The position numbers were made by a program, and so were the translations under genes. From the NCBI GenBank assembly GCA_035540975.1, contig DATLFN010000146.1:14010-78009 (forward strand): a stretch of DNA of 64,000 nucleotides. The letters run 5' to 3'. This DNA comes from Acidimicrobiales bacterium. GTDB lineage: Bacteria; Actinomycetota; Acidimicrobiia; Acidimicrobiales; GCA-2861595. The notes below the pieces were generated by a model. That model was not told the DNA's origin, ran no database searches, and saw nothing but the letters and a program-made list of their open reading frames with translations. Below are positions 1 to 9,520 of the stretch, piece after piece (positions within the stretch are counted from its first letter, which is position 1; the number at the start of each line of letters is the position of its first letter).

Positions 1-1347
1 CGCAACCCGGCCACCGGTCAGCCCTTCGAGGGCGACGTGCGGGCCATCTTCGACACCTTCATGCATCGCAACGTCCCCATCGAGGGCGAGGTGTACCTGA
101 CCCTCGTCGAGGGGCGCCCCTACGCCACCACCCCCGCCCCGGTGCGCCTCGATCGGGTGCCGGCGCTGGTCGAGCGGTGGGCGAACCTCACCGAGGGAAG
201 CGAGGGCGAGATCCACACCGACGCCGGCCCGGTGCGCTACCTGGCCGTGCCGCTGCGCACCCAGGGCCGCACCGCCGGCGTGTTCGTGGTCGCCAACTTC
301 CTGCGCGCCGAGCGGGAGGAGGTCGAGGCGGGCATCAGGGTGGCGGCCGGCGTGGCCGGGATGGTCCTGGTGGTGGCCACCGGACTGGCGTGGGTGATCG
401 CCGGGCGGCTGCTGCGTCCGGTGCGCCAGCTCACCGACAGCGCCCGGAGCATCTCGGAGACCGATCTGTCGCGGCGCATCCCGGTCGAGGGCAACGACGA
501 GATCGCCGAGCTCACCCGGACCTTCAACGACATGCTCGATCGCCTGGCCGGAGCGTTTGCCGCCCAGCGGGCCTTCGTGGACGACGCCGGCCACGAGCTG
601 CGGACCCCGATCACCATCATCCGGGGCCATCTGGAGCTGATGGGCGACGACCCCCAGGACCGGGAGGAGACGGTGGCCCTGGTGACCGACGAGCTGGACC
701 GCATGGCCCGCATCGTCGAGGACCTGCTCTTGTTGGCCAAGGCCGAGCAGCCTGACTTCGTGCGGCCGCAGCTCATCGAGCTGAGCGACCTCACCACCGA
801 GCTGGTGGTCAAGGCGCGGGCCCTGGGCGATCGGGACTGGCGCCTCGACGCCTGCGCCGAGGGCGTCGTGCGGGGGGACGCCCAGCGCCTGGCCCAGGCC
901 ATGTTCAACCTGGCCCGCAACGCCGTCGAGCACACGACGGCGGGTGCCGAGATCGGCCTCGGAAGTGCCCTGGAGGGCGACGAGGCCCGCATTTGGGTGC
1001 GCGACACCGGTGCGGGCGTCGATCCCCACGACCGGGACCGCATCTTCGACCGCTTCGCCCGCGGCCGCAGCGGCTCCCGCCGGTCCGACGGCGCCGGCCT
1101 GGGCCTGGCCATCGTGCGTGCCGTGGCCGAGGGTCATCACGGGCGGGTCGAGTTGCACAGTCGGGCTGGCCTGGGCGCCACCTTCACCGTGGTGTTCCCC
1201 GCCACTGGCGGCGACCGACCGGAGGAGCTCGACCGGCCACCCCCCGCCAGCGCCGGTCCGCCCCCAGGGCCATCGGCACCGGGGCCCGACGACGACACCA
1301 GGGAGATCCACGTGGTGGAGACGACGAGGCAATGGCCCGCATCCTGA
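1..1347 (+). CDS. Sensor histidine kinase, 5' end cut by window edge (HAMP + HisKA + HATPase_c)
   Basis: Frame 1 is open from nt 1. TM helix VAAGVAGMVLVVATGLAWVIAG, HAMP segment (RPVRQLTDSARSISETDLSRRIP...FNDMLDRL), H-box FVDDAGHELRTPITII, N-box NLARNAVEHT, G-boxes DTGAGV and GAGLGLAIV. Stop at 1345-1347 overlaps the next gene. Confidence 0.9.
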   Translation, partial: RNPATGQPFEGDVRAIFDTFMHRNVPIEGEVYLTLVEGRPYATTPAPVRLDRVPALVERWANLTEGSEGEIHTDAGPVRYLAVPLRTQGRTAGVFVVANFLRAEREEVEAGIRVAAGVAGMVLVVATGLAWVIAGRLLRPVRQLTDSARSISETDLSRRIPVEGNDEIAELTRTFNDMLDRLAGAFAAQRAFVDDAGHELRTPITIIRGHLELMGDDPQDREETVALVTDELDRMARIVEDLLLLAKAEQPDFVRPQLIELSDLTTELVVKARALGDRDWRLDACAEGVVRGDAQRLAQAMFNLARNAVEHTTAGAEIGLGSALEGDEARIWVRDTGAGVDPHDRDRIFDRFARGRSGSRRSDGAGLGLAIVRAVAEGHHGRVELHSRAGLGATFTVVFPATGGDRPEELDRPPPASAGPPPGPSAPGPDDDTREIHVVETTRQWPAS

Positions 1348-1991
1348 TCGCCGAGGACGAGCCCCGCATCGCCACCTTCCTCGAGAAGGGGCTGCGGGCG
1401 AACGGGTACACCACCGTGAGCGTCGATGACGGGAGGCAGGCGGCCTCGCTCGCCCGCGACGGCGACTTCGATCTCGTGGTGTTGGACCTCGGCCTGCCGG
1501 GCGTCGGCGGCATGGAGGCGCTGTCCCGGATCCGCCGGCGGGGCGAGCGGCTGCCGGTCATCATCCTCACCGCCAGAAACGAGTCGTCGATCACGGTGGC
1601 CGGCTTCGAGACCGGCGCCGACGACTACGTCACCAAGCCGTTCCGGTTCGAGGAGCTCCTGGCCCGCATCCGGGTGCGCCTGCGCGCTCAGGCAGGTCAC
1701 GAGACGACGGTCCTGCGGGCGGGCGACGTGAGCCTCGACCTTCGCACCCGGCGGGCCACCGTCGGGCCGGACACGGTCGAGCTCACCGCCCGCGAGTACT
1801 CCCTGCTCGAGGCCTTCCTGCGTCATCCGGGCCAGGTCCTTTCGCGCGAGCAGCTGCTGTCGATGGTGTGGGGCTACGACTTCGACCCGGGCTCGAACGT
1901 GGTCGAGGTCTACATCCGCTATCTGCGCAAGAAGCTCGGCGACTCCGTCATCGAGACGGCCAGGGGGATGGGCTACCGACTGGCCAGGTGA
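1332..1991 (+). CDS. OmpR-family response regulator
   Basis: ATG 1332 (MARILIAEDEPRI). Receiver domain (DLVVLDLGLPG, VTKPF) plus winged-helix output (LTAREYSLLEAFLRHPGQVLSREQLL, VEVYIRYLRKKL, GMGYRL). 16-nt overlap with the kinase gene implies co-translation. Confidence 0.95.
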   Translation: MARILIAEDEPRIATFLEKGLRANGYTTVSVDDGRQAASLARDGDFDLVVLDLGLPGVGGMEALSRIRRRGERLPVIILTARNESSITVAGFETGADDYVTKPFRFEELLARIRVRLRAQAGHETTVLRAGDVSLDLRTRRATVGPDTVELTAREYSLLEAFLRHPGQVLSREQLLSMVWGYDFDPGSNVVEVYIRYLRKKLGDSVIETARGMGYRLAR

Positions 1992-2100
1992 GGAACCCTG
2001 TGCGGGCAGGCCGCCGGCGTTGCCCGCAGGACACCCTGACGGGCGCGATCGGGCCCCCGGTCCGAGGTCCGGGGGCCCGATCTCCTGCCGTCGAGGGCGG

Positions 2101-2625
2101 TCAGTCGGCGCTGTCCGTGCTCCCGCCATCGGGACTGTCGGCGCTGTCGTCGGCCGGAGCCGGGGGGCGCGCCGGCGCCGGCGCCCGGTCGGGGGAGTCG
2201 TCGGGGCTGTCGAACGACGCCGGAGGGGCGGCGGGGGCCGCGGCCGCAGCCGGTTCGGGACTGTCGACCGACGACTGTCCGTCGAAGCTGTCGTCGGCGG
2301 AGGCGGCCGGCGAGTCCACCGACTCGCCGTCGGGCGACTGGCCCGGGCTGTCGAGCGAGTCAGCGCCGTCGGGGGAGTCGTCAGCCGACTGCAGCGGCGA
2401 GTCGAGGGACTCGCCGTCCGGCGAAGCCTGCAGGTCGTCGTCGACGGCCGACTCCACCGGGACGGGGGGCTGGGCGTCGGCCATGGCGGCGGCGTCGCGC
2501 AGCTCGATGCCACGTCGGCCTGCGGGACCCGGTTCGTCCGCTCCGGCCGACAGGATCCCGCCGAGGCTCAGCCCCGCCACCGCCGCCGTCGCCCCGGCGA
2601 TCTTCCACTGCCTGGTGAGCTCCAT
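2101..2625 (-). CDS. Secreted acidic low-complexity protein with D-S-P repeats
   Basis: GAGGAG lies 5 nt upstream of ATG 2625 (MELTRQWKIAGATAAVAGLSLGGILSAG, signal-like). The rest is Asp/Ser/Pro-rich with recurring SPDG(E/A)S(L/V)DSP units. No recognisable catalytic motif. Confidence 0.55.
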   Translation of the reverse strand: MELTRQWKIAGATAAVAGLSLGGILSAGADEPGPAGRRGIELRDAAAMADAQPPVPVESAVDDDLQASPDGESLDSPLQSADDSPDGADSLDSPGQSPDGESVDSPAASADDSFDGQSSVDSPEPAAAAAPAAPPASFDSPDDSPDRAPAPARPPAPADDSADSPDGGSTDSAD

Positions 2626-2716
2626 CGTCACTCCTCGCTTTCGGTCGATGACTTGTGTCGATGGTCACGGTCGCATCTCGCCCTGAGGCGGCGGTGAGGC
2701 GGCGGTGAGACTTCTC

Positions 2717-3955
2717 TCAGGCGATCGGGCTACCGGCCAGGCGCTCGGCGCTGGCCAGCCAGCGCTCGGCCAGGCGGAGGCGCCGGGCCGTGGTCGTGCG
2801 CCAGGCGGGCTCCAACACCCGGAACGGGCCGGTGGCCAGACCGAGGACCACGGCGGCCACGGCCTGGCGCAACAGCACGGGGTCGACCCTGCGGTCGAAG
2901 GTGGAGAGCAGGTTCGCCGCGTAACGCTCGATGGCCCACCGCCGGGGCGAGGTGACGGCCAGGGTGGAGAGATGGCCGATCAGGGTGGCCAGGTCGTCCA
3001 CCCGACGGCCGAGGCCGAAGGTGTCGACGTCGAGCAGCCCGGTGATGCGGCCGCCCTCGACGAGGAGCTGCGCCTCGTGGAAGTCGCCGTGCACCGGCAC
3101 CGCCGGCACCTCCGCCGTGGCCTCGGCCCCCGCCAGCACCTCGCTGACGGCGCCCACCCGCGCCGCCAGCTCGGGCGCCACCGCCGAGATGAGGGCGGCG
3201 AAGCGCCCGGTGTCCCACCCGTTCGCCCGCGGCGTGCCACTTCCCGGTTCGGGGAGGCGGTCGAGCAGGCTGAGCAGGGCCGACCCGTCCGGCAGCCCCC
3301 GGTGCTGGTCCAGGGCACGACGCAGGGTGACGCCCCCCACGGCCTGGAGGGCCACCAGTCCCAGCTCGCCCGACCAGCCCAGCGAACGCGGCACTGGCAC
3401 GTGGTCGGCCAGCAGGCGGTGACGGTCGTGGAGCGCGCCGGCGGAACGGGGGCGTACGACCTTGAGGAACAACCGGGCACCCGGAGCGGCGACCTCGATC
3501 ACCGCCCGTCGCCCGGGGCGGTAGGCGCGCAGGCGTGGGGTGCATTGGGCGACCGGAGCGCCGAGATCGTGCAGCAGCCGGCGGACGGCGGCCGGGTCGA
3601 GGGCCGGCGCGAGCCCCGGCAGGTATGGGTCGCTCGGCACCCGCCACACCGCCACCTGATGGTTGCCGTCGTCGAGCACGAGGCCGCCACCGGGAAGGCG
3701 GCCGCCGGCCGAGGCCACCAGCATTTCGTTGGTGACGGGACCGCCCCGCCAGCGCACCGCGGCGTCGTAACGCACCGTCAGCGACCGTCCCGGGTGGTAG
3801 GTCGTCTGTCGAGCGGTGAGTGAGCGGAGCTCCCCTCCTCCAGCCGCCACCGCCGCCGCCAGGAGGGCGGGCGCGCCGGGGCCGAGCAGGGCGTCGGCCG
3901 GGAGGGAGGGGTCGGCGAGGGCGGGGACGTCCTGAGCTGCTCGTCGCTGGGCCAT
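2717..3955 (-). CDS. Aminoglycoside/choline-kinase-type phosphotransferase family protein
   Basis: APH-like catalytic loop VHGDFHEAQLLV followed by LLDVDTFGLGRRVDDLA (DxD metal site). Start taken at MAQRRAAQ (ATG 3955); the longer ORF to 4051 is possible. Confidence 0.8.
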   Translation of the reverse strand: MAQRRAAQDVPALADPSLPADALLGPGAPALLAAAVAAGGGELRSLTARQTTYHPGRSLTVRYDAAVRWRGGPVTNEMLVASAGGRLPGGGLVLDDGNHQVAVWRVPSDPYLPGLAPALDPAAVRRLLHDLGAPVAQCTPRLRAYRPGRRAVIEVAAPGARLFLKVVRPRSAGALHDRHRLLADHVPVPRSLGWSGELGLVALQAVGGVTLRRALDQHRGLPDGSALLSLLDRLPEPGSGTPRANGWDTGRFAALISAVAPELAARVGAVSEVLAGAEATAEVPAVPVHGDFHEAQLLVEGGRITGLLDVDTFGLGRRVDDLATLIGHLSTLAVTSPRRWAIERYAANLLSTFDRRVDPVLLRQAVAAVVLGLATGPFRVLEPAWRTTTARRLRLAERWLASAERLAGSPIA

Positions 3956-4144
3956 CGGCCCACGGTCGTCGCCTGTCCTGAGCCCACCGTGAAGCGGTGC
4001 TGAGAGAGCTCTCATCCCGGTGGCCCACCGCCTTGGGCCGTGCCGGGACATGGGATGAAGGAAGTCTCATCCCGGTCTCATCGCCCGCCAACGACAGCAG
4101 CGCAGAACTGCGGCGATGCACCCACGTCCTACAAAGGAGATGGC

Positions 4145-4711
4145 ATGAGACCAGGAATGGCATTGCTGGCGCTGGCCGCGGCGGGATCCGCGGTGGCCGG
4201 CTTGGGAGCGGGCCCGGCGGCGGCCGAGGAGACCACCTGCCGAGGCAGCCTCGGCCAGGTGACGGTGGACAACCTCCGGGTGCCCGAGGGAGCGACGTGC
4301 AGCCTCAACGGTACCTACGTCAAGGGAACGGTCAAGGTGGAGCGCGACGCCACCCTGCGGGCCGAGGGCGTCCGCGTCGTGGGCAACGTGCAGGGCGAGA
4401 ACGCGGTATCGGTCGGTGTCGCAGGAGGATCGACGGTCGGCGGCAGCGTCCAGGTCAAGCAGGGCCGGGCCGCCACCGTGACGGATACGCGCGTCGACGG
4501 CGACATCCTCTACGACGAGAACCGGAGCGCCCTGCGGGCCGACCGCAATGTGGTCGGAGGCAACGTGCAGGCGTTCAAGAACACCGGTGGGCTCGCCATC
4601 AGCGGCAATCGCGTCGACGGCAACCTCCAGTGCAAGGAGAACTCACCGCCGCCCACGGGTGGGGGCAACGTCGTGCAGGGCAACAAGGAGGACCAGTGCG
4701 CCCGGCTGTGA
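4145..4711 (+). CDS. Small secreted repetitive beta-strand protein (unknown function)
   Basis: AAAGGAG lies 5-6 nt before ATG 4145. Signal peptide MRPGMALLALAAAGSAVAGLGAGPAAA. Roughly 20-aa periodic V.GNVQ / V.GSVQ / VGGNVQ / VDGNLQ units, with Cys near both ends. Confidence 0.65.
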   Translation: MRPGMALLALAAAGSAVAGLGAGPAAAEETTCRGSLGQVTVDNLRVPEGATCSLNGTYVKGTVKVERDATLRAEGVRVVGNVQGENAVSVGVAGGSTVGGSVQVKQGRAATVTDTRVDGDILYDENRSALRADRNVVGGNVQAFKNTGGLAISGNRVDGNLQCKENSPPPTGGGNVVQGNKEDQCARL

Positions 4712-4966
4712 CCTCGCGCTGACGGTCGTCGAGGAGGGCACCGGGTTGGTTTCACCGGTGCCCTCCTCGGTCGGCCATGCGCGACAGCGATCCGCCGGGC
4801 TGCCCCGGCCACGGCGACGGCTGGACTTCCCGGGGTTCGTCCGCGTGGCGGCGCGCCATCCCCCAATTGTCCGGAAGTTCACCACCGGTACGTCGCGGCG
4901 TCGATTCTCCGCTACCCGCGCTCCGTAGGGTCCGGATCGATCGGACCCGATGCAGACGGAGGCGTG

Positions 4967-6448
4967 ATGACAGGGATGGACCGGCGGTCGTTTCTGAGCC
5001 GCGGCGCGGCTTTGGCCGGAGGAAGCCTGCTGGCGTCGGGCTCGCTGCAGACCCTCACCGCCCGACTGGCGGGCGCCACCCCCGGCGCCGCCCCGGGCCA
5101 GGAGAGGAAGGGCGGCTACGGGCGGCTGCGGCCGGTGGCGGCCGAGAACGAGCGGGGAGGCTTTGCCCACCTGGCGCTTCCCGACGGGTTCGGCTACGTG
5201 GTGCTGTCGCGCATCGGCGATCCCATGAGCGACGGGAACGTGACGCCCGCCCAGCTCGACGGCATGGCCGCCTTCTCCGGCCCCGGTGGGACGGTGCGCC
5301 TCATCCGCAACCACGAGATCCGTTCCGCCGGCCAGGTGCAGGTGGGCGGGCCGGTGGGGACCCGCTACGACGCCGCCGCCGGCGGCGGCACCACCACCCT
5401 CGACTACGACCCGCACCGGCGGCAGCTGGTGCGCGACTTCGTGAGCCTGAACGGCACGGTCGTCAACTGCGCGGGCGGCAAGGGCCTGGGCGATCGCAGC
5501 TGGATCACCGGCGAGGAGATCATCACCACCATCGGGGGCAGGAAGCACGGCTACAACTTCGAGGTCCCCCTCGCCCGCAGCGGCCCGGCGCTCACCCAGC
5601 CCCTCGTGGCCATGGGTCGCTTCGCCCACGAGGCGGTGGCCACCGATCCGGCGTCGGGGATCGTCTACCAGACCGAGGACGCCGGCTCGGGACGGGGCAG
5701 CGGCTTCTATCGCTACCTGCCCGACAGCCCCACCGACCTGCTGGCCGGCGGCCGACTCCAGATGCTGGCCGTGACCGGCCGGCCCAAGGCGGACCTGCGC
5801 GACGGCGAGTCGCCCGGTGCCGCCATGGCCGTCACCTGGGTCGAGATCGAGGCTCCGGACGCCAACCCGCTGACCGCCACCAACGCCGACGGCCTGGCCT
5901 CGGGCACCAGCGGCCCCTTCGCCGAGGGCTACGCCAAGGGGGGCGCCAAGTTCAACCGCCTGGAGGGCATCTGGTACGGCGACGGCAGCATCTTCTTCGC
6001 TTCCACCAGCGGCGGCGACGCCAAGAGCCCGGAGGCACCCAACTCCGACGGGTACCGCGAGGGCTACGGCCAGATCTGGGAGTTCCGGCCCCGGTCCGGC
6101 CAGCTGGTGCTGCTCTACCAGTCGCCCGGGGCCGACGTCCTCGACTCGCCCGACAACCTGGTCGTCACCCCCCGCGGCGGGCTGTTGTTGTGCGAGGACG
6201 ACGCCTCCAGCGACGGCGACACCCACCCGCTCGCCCCCGGCATCGCCGACGTCAACCGCCTGGTGGGCCTCACCCGCTCGGGCGAGGCCTTCGAGTTCGC
6301 CGTCAACCGCTTCAACGACAGCGAGCTGGCCGGTGCCTGCTTCTCACCCGACGGCAGGACCCTGTTCGTGAACATCTTCGGCGACGGCACGGCCGGCAGC
6401 GGGATGACGGTGGCCATCCGCGGTCCGTGGGCCCGGGGTGCCCTGTAG
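4967..6448 (+). CDS. phoX: PhoX-like (DUF839) Tat-exported phosphatase
   Basis: GGAGG lies 5 nt before ATG 4967. Twin-arginine leader MTGMDRRSFLSRGAALAGG. Beta-propeller-type body with NHE, GGTTTL, NCAGG, FEV, FAHEA, and PDN...EDD motifs as recalled for the PhoX/DUF839 family. Confidence 0.85.
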   Translation: MTGMDRRSFLSRGAALAGGSLLASGSLQTLTARLAGATPGAAPGQERKGGYGRLRPVAAENERGGFAHLALPDGFGYVVLSRIGDPMSDGNVTPAQLDGMAAFSGPGGTVRLIRNHEIRSAGQVQVGGPVGTRYDAAAGGGTTTLDYDPHRRQLVRDFVSLNGTVVNCAGGKGLGDRSWITGEEIITTIGGRKHGYNFEVPLARSGPALTQPLVAMGRFAHEAVATDPASGIVYQTEDAGSGRGSGFYRYLPDSPTDLLAGGRLQMLAVTGRPKADLRDGESPGAAMAVTWVEIEAPDANPLTATNADGLASGTSGPFAEGYAKGGAKFNRLEGIWYGDGSIFFASTSGGDAKSPEAPNSDGYREGYGQIWEFRPRSGQLVLLYQSPGADVLDSPDNLVVTPRGGLLLCEDDASSDGDTHPLAPGIADVNRLVGLTRSGEAFEFAVNRFNDSELAGACFSPDGRTLFVNIFGDGTAGSGMTVAIRGPWARGAL

Positions 6449-6525
6449 GCAGCATGCCCGACCGCGGCGGCCCCGAGGTGCTGCGTCTTGACTGGCGGGG
6501 ACTGGATCAGCAAAGCTCCATGTAG

Positions 6526-6843
6526 ATGACGGTTGATACGGAGATCGAGGCCGTGGCCGCCCTGCGGGCGCTGAGCGAGCCCCTGCGGTGGCGGATCGTC
6601 GAGCTGCTGGCCGTCGAGGAGCTGTGCGTGTGCCACATCGTCGAGGAGCTGGAGGTGGCGCAGCCTTTGGTGAGCCACCACCTGCGCGTCCTGCGCGACG
6701 CCGGGCTGGTCGATACGGAGCGCTACCGCTACTGGACCTACTACCGCCTGCGCCCCGGCGCGCTGGCGCCCCTCCGGGACCGCCTGGAGCGCCTGGTCTC
6801 GCCGCCGCCTGCGCCCGGTGAGCGCCGTCGGCCGTGCTGTTGA
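6526..6843 (+). CDS. arsR: ArsR/SmtB-family metalloregulator
   Basis: LSEPLRWRIVELLAVEELCVCHIVEELEVAQPLVSHHLRVLRDAGLV: classic ArsR HTH with ELCVC metal/arsenite site. First gene of a three-gene unit. Confidence 0.9.
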   Translation: MTVDTEIEAVAALRALSEPLRWRIVELLAVEELCVCHIVEELEVAQPLVSHHLRVLRDAGLVDTERYRYWTYYRLRPGALAPLRDRLERLVSPPPAPGERRRPCC

Positions 6844-6844
6844 G

Positions 6845-7636
6845 ATGACGCAGGCCCGCCCGGACCTCTGGCGGCGCCTGCTGGCCGAGTACGTCGGCAC
6901 CGGCTTCCTGGTCGCCGTGGTGGTCGGCTCCGGCATCGCCGCCCAGAGGCTGAGCCCTTCCGATGTCGGACTGCAGCTGTTCGAGAACGCGGCCGCCACC
7001 GCCGCTGCCCTCGCGGCCCTGATCGTGGCCCTCGGGCCGGTGTCCGGAGCCCACTTCAACCCGGTGGTGTCGATCGCCGACGCCGCCTTCGGCGGCCTGG
7101 CGCGTCGCGAGGTCGCCTCCTACCTCGCCGCCCAGCTGGCCGGCGCCGTCAGCGGGTCGATGGTGGCGAACCTGATGTTCGAGCTGCCGGCGGTGGAGTG
7201 GTCGACCACCGGTCGGTCCGGCTCCGGGTTGTGGCTGGCCGAAGTGGTGGCCACCCTCGGGCTGCTGGTCGTGATCTTCGGCGTGGTGCGCTCGGGGCGG
7301 GTGGGCGCGGCGCCATTCGCCGTGGGCGCCTACATCGGCGCTGCGTACTTCTTCACCGCCTCGACCAGCTTCGCCAACCCGGCGGTGTCCGTCGGGCGCA
7401 TGTTCACCGACACGTTCGCCGGCATCGCCCCGTCCTCGGTGCCGGCCTTCGTCGCCTTCCAGCTCGTCGGCGGTGCGGTGGCCGTGTTGACGGTGCGAGC
7501 GCTGTACCCCGGCCTCGCCGCCGTGGCCACCGATGTGGTGGTGCCCGGTGTCGACCAGCCATCCGGAACTGGCGGGCGGGCCAACGGTGGTGCGCCGCCG
7601 CCCGCACGTTCCACCCGAGGAGGTCCGTCGTCGTGA
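6845..7636 (+). CDS. MIP-family aquaglyceroporin (putative arsenite channel)
   Basis: Six hydrophobic segments. Two half-helix boxes: HFNPVVS (NPV variant) and FANPAVS (NPA). Start taken at MTQARPD (ATG 6845), just after the arsR stop. Stop overlaps the arsC start. Confidence 0.85.
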   Translation: MTQARPDLWRRLLAEYVGTGFLVAVVVGSGIAAQRLSPSDVGLQLFENAAATAAALAALIVALGPVSGAHFNPVVSIADAAFGGLARREVASYLAAQLAGAVSGSMVANLMFELPAVEWSTTGRSGSGLWLAEVVATLGLLVVIFGVVRSGRVGAAPFAVGAYIGAAYFFTASTSFANPAVSVGRMFTDTFAGIAPSSVPAFVAFQLVGGAVAVLTVRALYPGLAAVATDVVVPGVDQPSGTGGRANGGAPPPARSTRGGPSS

Positions 7637-8271
7637 CCGAGACCCGCGAACCGAGCGAAGCGTTGTCAGCCATCGCCGGAGAGATGTGCGCCGAGTTCCG
7701 CGGTGTGTTCAGCGCCCAGACGGTCGAGCGGTTCGTGTTCCAGAGCTACCGCGATCTCGCCCGCACCTCCAACGTCCACACCTACCTCAGTGTTCTCACC
7801 CGCAAGTTCGCCCGTGAGCGCCTCCGGGCGCTCGGACAGCTGGAAGGATCGTTCATGAAGGACGTGCCCGAGGTCCTGTTCGTCTGCGTCCACAATGCCG
7901 GCCGCTCGCAGGCGGCCATGGCCCTGCTCGACCACCACGCCCAGGGCCGCGTCCACGTCCGCTCCGCCGGCTCGGCCCCGGGGGAGAAGGTGAACGAGGC
8001 GGTGGTGGCCGTCCTGGCCGAGCGCGGCATCGACATCGCCACCGAGTACCCCAAGCCCTTGACCGACGAGGTCGTACGGGCGGCCGACGTGGTGGTGACG
8101 ATGGGCTGTGGCGACGCCTGCCCCATCTATCCCGGCAAGCGGTACCTCGACTGGCAGCTCGACGACCCCGCCGGGCGCAGCGTCGACGCGGTGCGGCCCA
8201 TCATCGACGAGATCGACGCCCGGGTCCGAGCCCTGCTGGAGGAGCTCGTGTCCACTCCTGCGTCGCCGTGA
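7633..8271 (+). CDS. arsC: LMW-PTP-type arsenate reductase with ~75-aa N-terminal helical extension
   Basis: GTG 7633 overlaps the upstream stop. Core VLFVCVHNAGRSQAAMAL (CX5R P-loop) plus DVVVTMGCGDACP (redox Cys pair) plus DWQLDDP. Confidence 0.85.
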   Translation: MTETREPSEALSAIAGEMCAEFRGVFSAQTVERFVFQSYRDLARTSNVHTYLSVLTRKFARERLRALGQLEGSFMKDVPEVLFVCVHNAGRSQAAMALLDHHAQGRVHVRSAGSAPGEKVNEAVVAVLAERGIDIATEYPKPLTDEVVRAADVVVTMGCGDACPIYPGKRYLDWQLDDPAGRSVDAVRPIIDEIDARVRALLEELVSTPASP

Positions 8272-8544
8272 CTCAGCGCCGGCGGGAGATCCGGACTGAG
8301 GCAGATGGCTGCACCGGTCGCAGGTGCCGCCAGTCCAGGCCGAGATCGCCCACGGCTCGACGATGCGGACCCTTCGCGTCGGAAGGCCGGTCGGCCACAG
8401 GTTTGACCCTGCTCCTGGGATCGCCGCCCGACGGGAGGACCGGGCGGCACGGCCCGTTCTCCAGAGCAATAATGCCCTCGAGCCGGCGCGCGATCCTCAT
8501 CGAGGGATCACGTTCGGGCGGTCCGAAGGAGGCCGACAGAGGCG

Positions 8545-9507
8545 ATGCGACCCACCAAGGAGATCGAGGTTCTCACGGTCGCGGCCGTCCGCGAGCCACG
8601 GGAGGGCAGCCAGGCGATCGAGTGCCTCTTCAACGAGCGCCAGCAGATCTTCTCGGTCACCGGGCAGGCGAAGCGGCGCGACGCCGTGGTCGATGCTCTG
8701 CGGGAGGCACTCGACCGCGGCGCTCCTGTGCGGGCGGTGCTGAACCCTCGGAGGGGGGTCGTCGAGCGGGCCGAACCGCCTGACGAGGGAGAGCGGCGGG
8801 AGTTCCACGCGGCGCGCCCGCTCCTCGACAACCCCGACCGGGCCAGACGCATCCACGTCCCGTCCGTCGACCCGACGACGTTCAACATCGTCGACTACTA
8901 CCTGGACTTCCCCGCGTTCAAGCTCTGTCGCCGCACCATTCCGAGCTACAAGGTCGCCAGGGAGATCTTCGGCTTCTGCGCGGCGCAGTCCTGCCACCTG
9001 CCGGGGCCGCCGGCCATCTCGCACTGCATCCCGTTCCAGTACGTTCGGGACGGCTGCTACGCCCGTGCCCACAAGATGCGGCAGATCATCGAAGAGCAGT
9101 ACCGGTTCTGCTGCGAGAAGGTCTTCAGCTTCGCCAACCAGGACAACGACACCCTCGCCGTCAGGGCTGGCAAGTGGGGAGGCTGCTGCGTCACGTGGTG
9201 GTACCACGTCGCCCCGCTCGTCCGCGTCCGGGTCAGGATCAAGCTCCCGTTCGGGACGTTCGAGCTCACGCTGGCGATGGTCATCGACCCGGGCATGTTC
9301 GACAAGCCGGTGCTGCTCAGCACCTGGCTGTCGGCCCAGGAGTACACCGCGTGTGCCAGCAACGCGAACCTGTCGATGTACTCGGTCCAGCCCGGCTCCG
9401 CCTACACGCCGGCGAACTACGCAGGCACGCTCTTCGCCACGGACCCCACGTACGCTCAGACGCACACCACCTTGACGAACTATCAGAACCTGACGACATG
9501 CCCGTGA
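8545..9507 (+). CDS. Leaderless protein-glutamine glutaminase-like protein (papain-like Cys-His-Asp) with N-terminal accessory domain
   Basis: GAAGGAGG lies upstream of ATG 8545. YVRDGCYARAHKMRQI (Cys171, TGC 9055-9057), CCVTWWYHVAP and MVIDPG match the catalytic Cys/His/Asp blocks of Chryseobacterium protein-glutaminase as I recall them. No signal peptide. Confidence 0.8.
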   Translation: MRPTKEIEVLTVAAVREPREGSQAIECLFNERQQIFSVTGQAKRRDAVVDALREALDRGAPVRAVLNPRRGVVERAEPPDEGERREFHAARPLLDNPDRARRIHVPSVDPTTFNIVDYYLDFPAFKLCRRTIPSYKVAREIFGFCAAQSCHLPGPPAISHCIPFQYVRDGCYARAHKMRQIIEEQYRFCCEKVFSFANQDNDTLAVRAGKWGGCCVTWWYHVAPLVRVRVRIKLPFGTFELTLAMVIDPGMFDKPVLLSTWLSAQEYTACASNANLSMYSVQPGSAYTPANYAGTLFATDPTYAQTHTTLTNYQNLTTCP

Positions 9508-9520
9508 GGCAACGGACGCG

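Noticed and set aside
1137-2513. 458-aa minus-strand ORF, and similar long ORFs (237-1112, 4643-6226, 6115-7059, 21369-23837, 24549-26321, 61422-63851)
   Set aside because: They are antisense or out of frame to genes with clear motifs. Their translations are Arg/Pro/Gly/Ala-rich without domains. These are typical GC-shadow ORFs of a high-GC genome.
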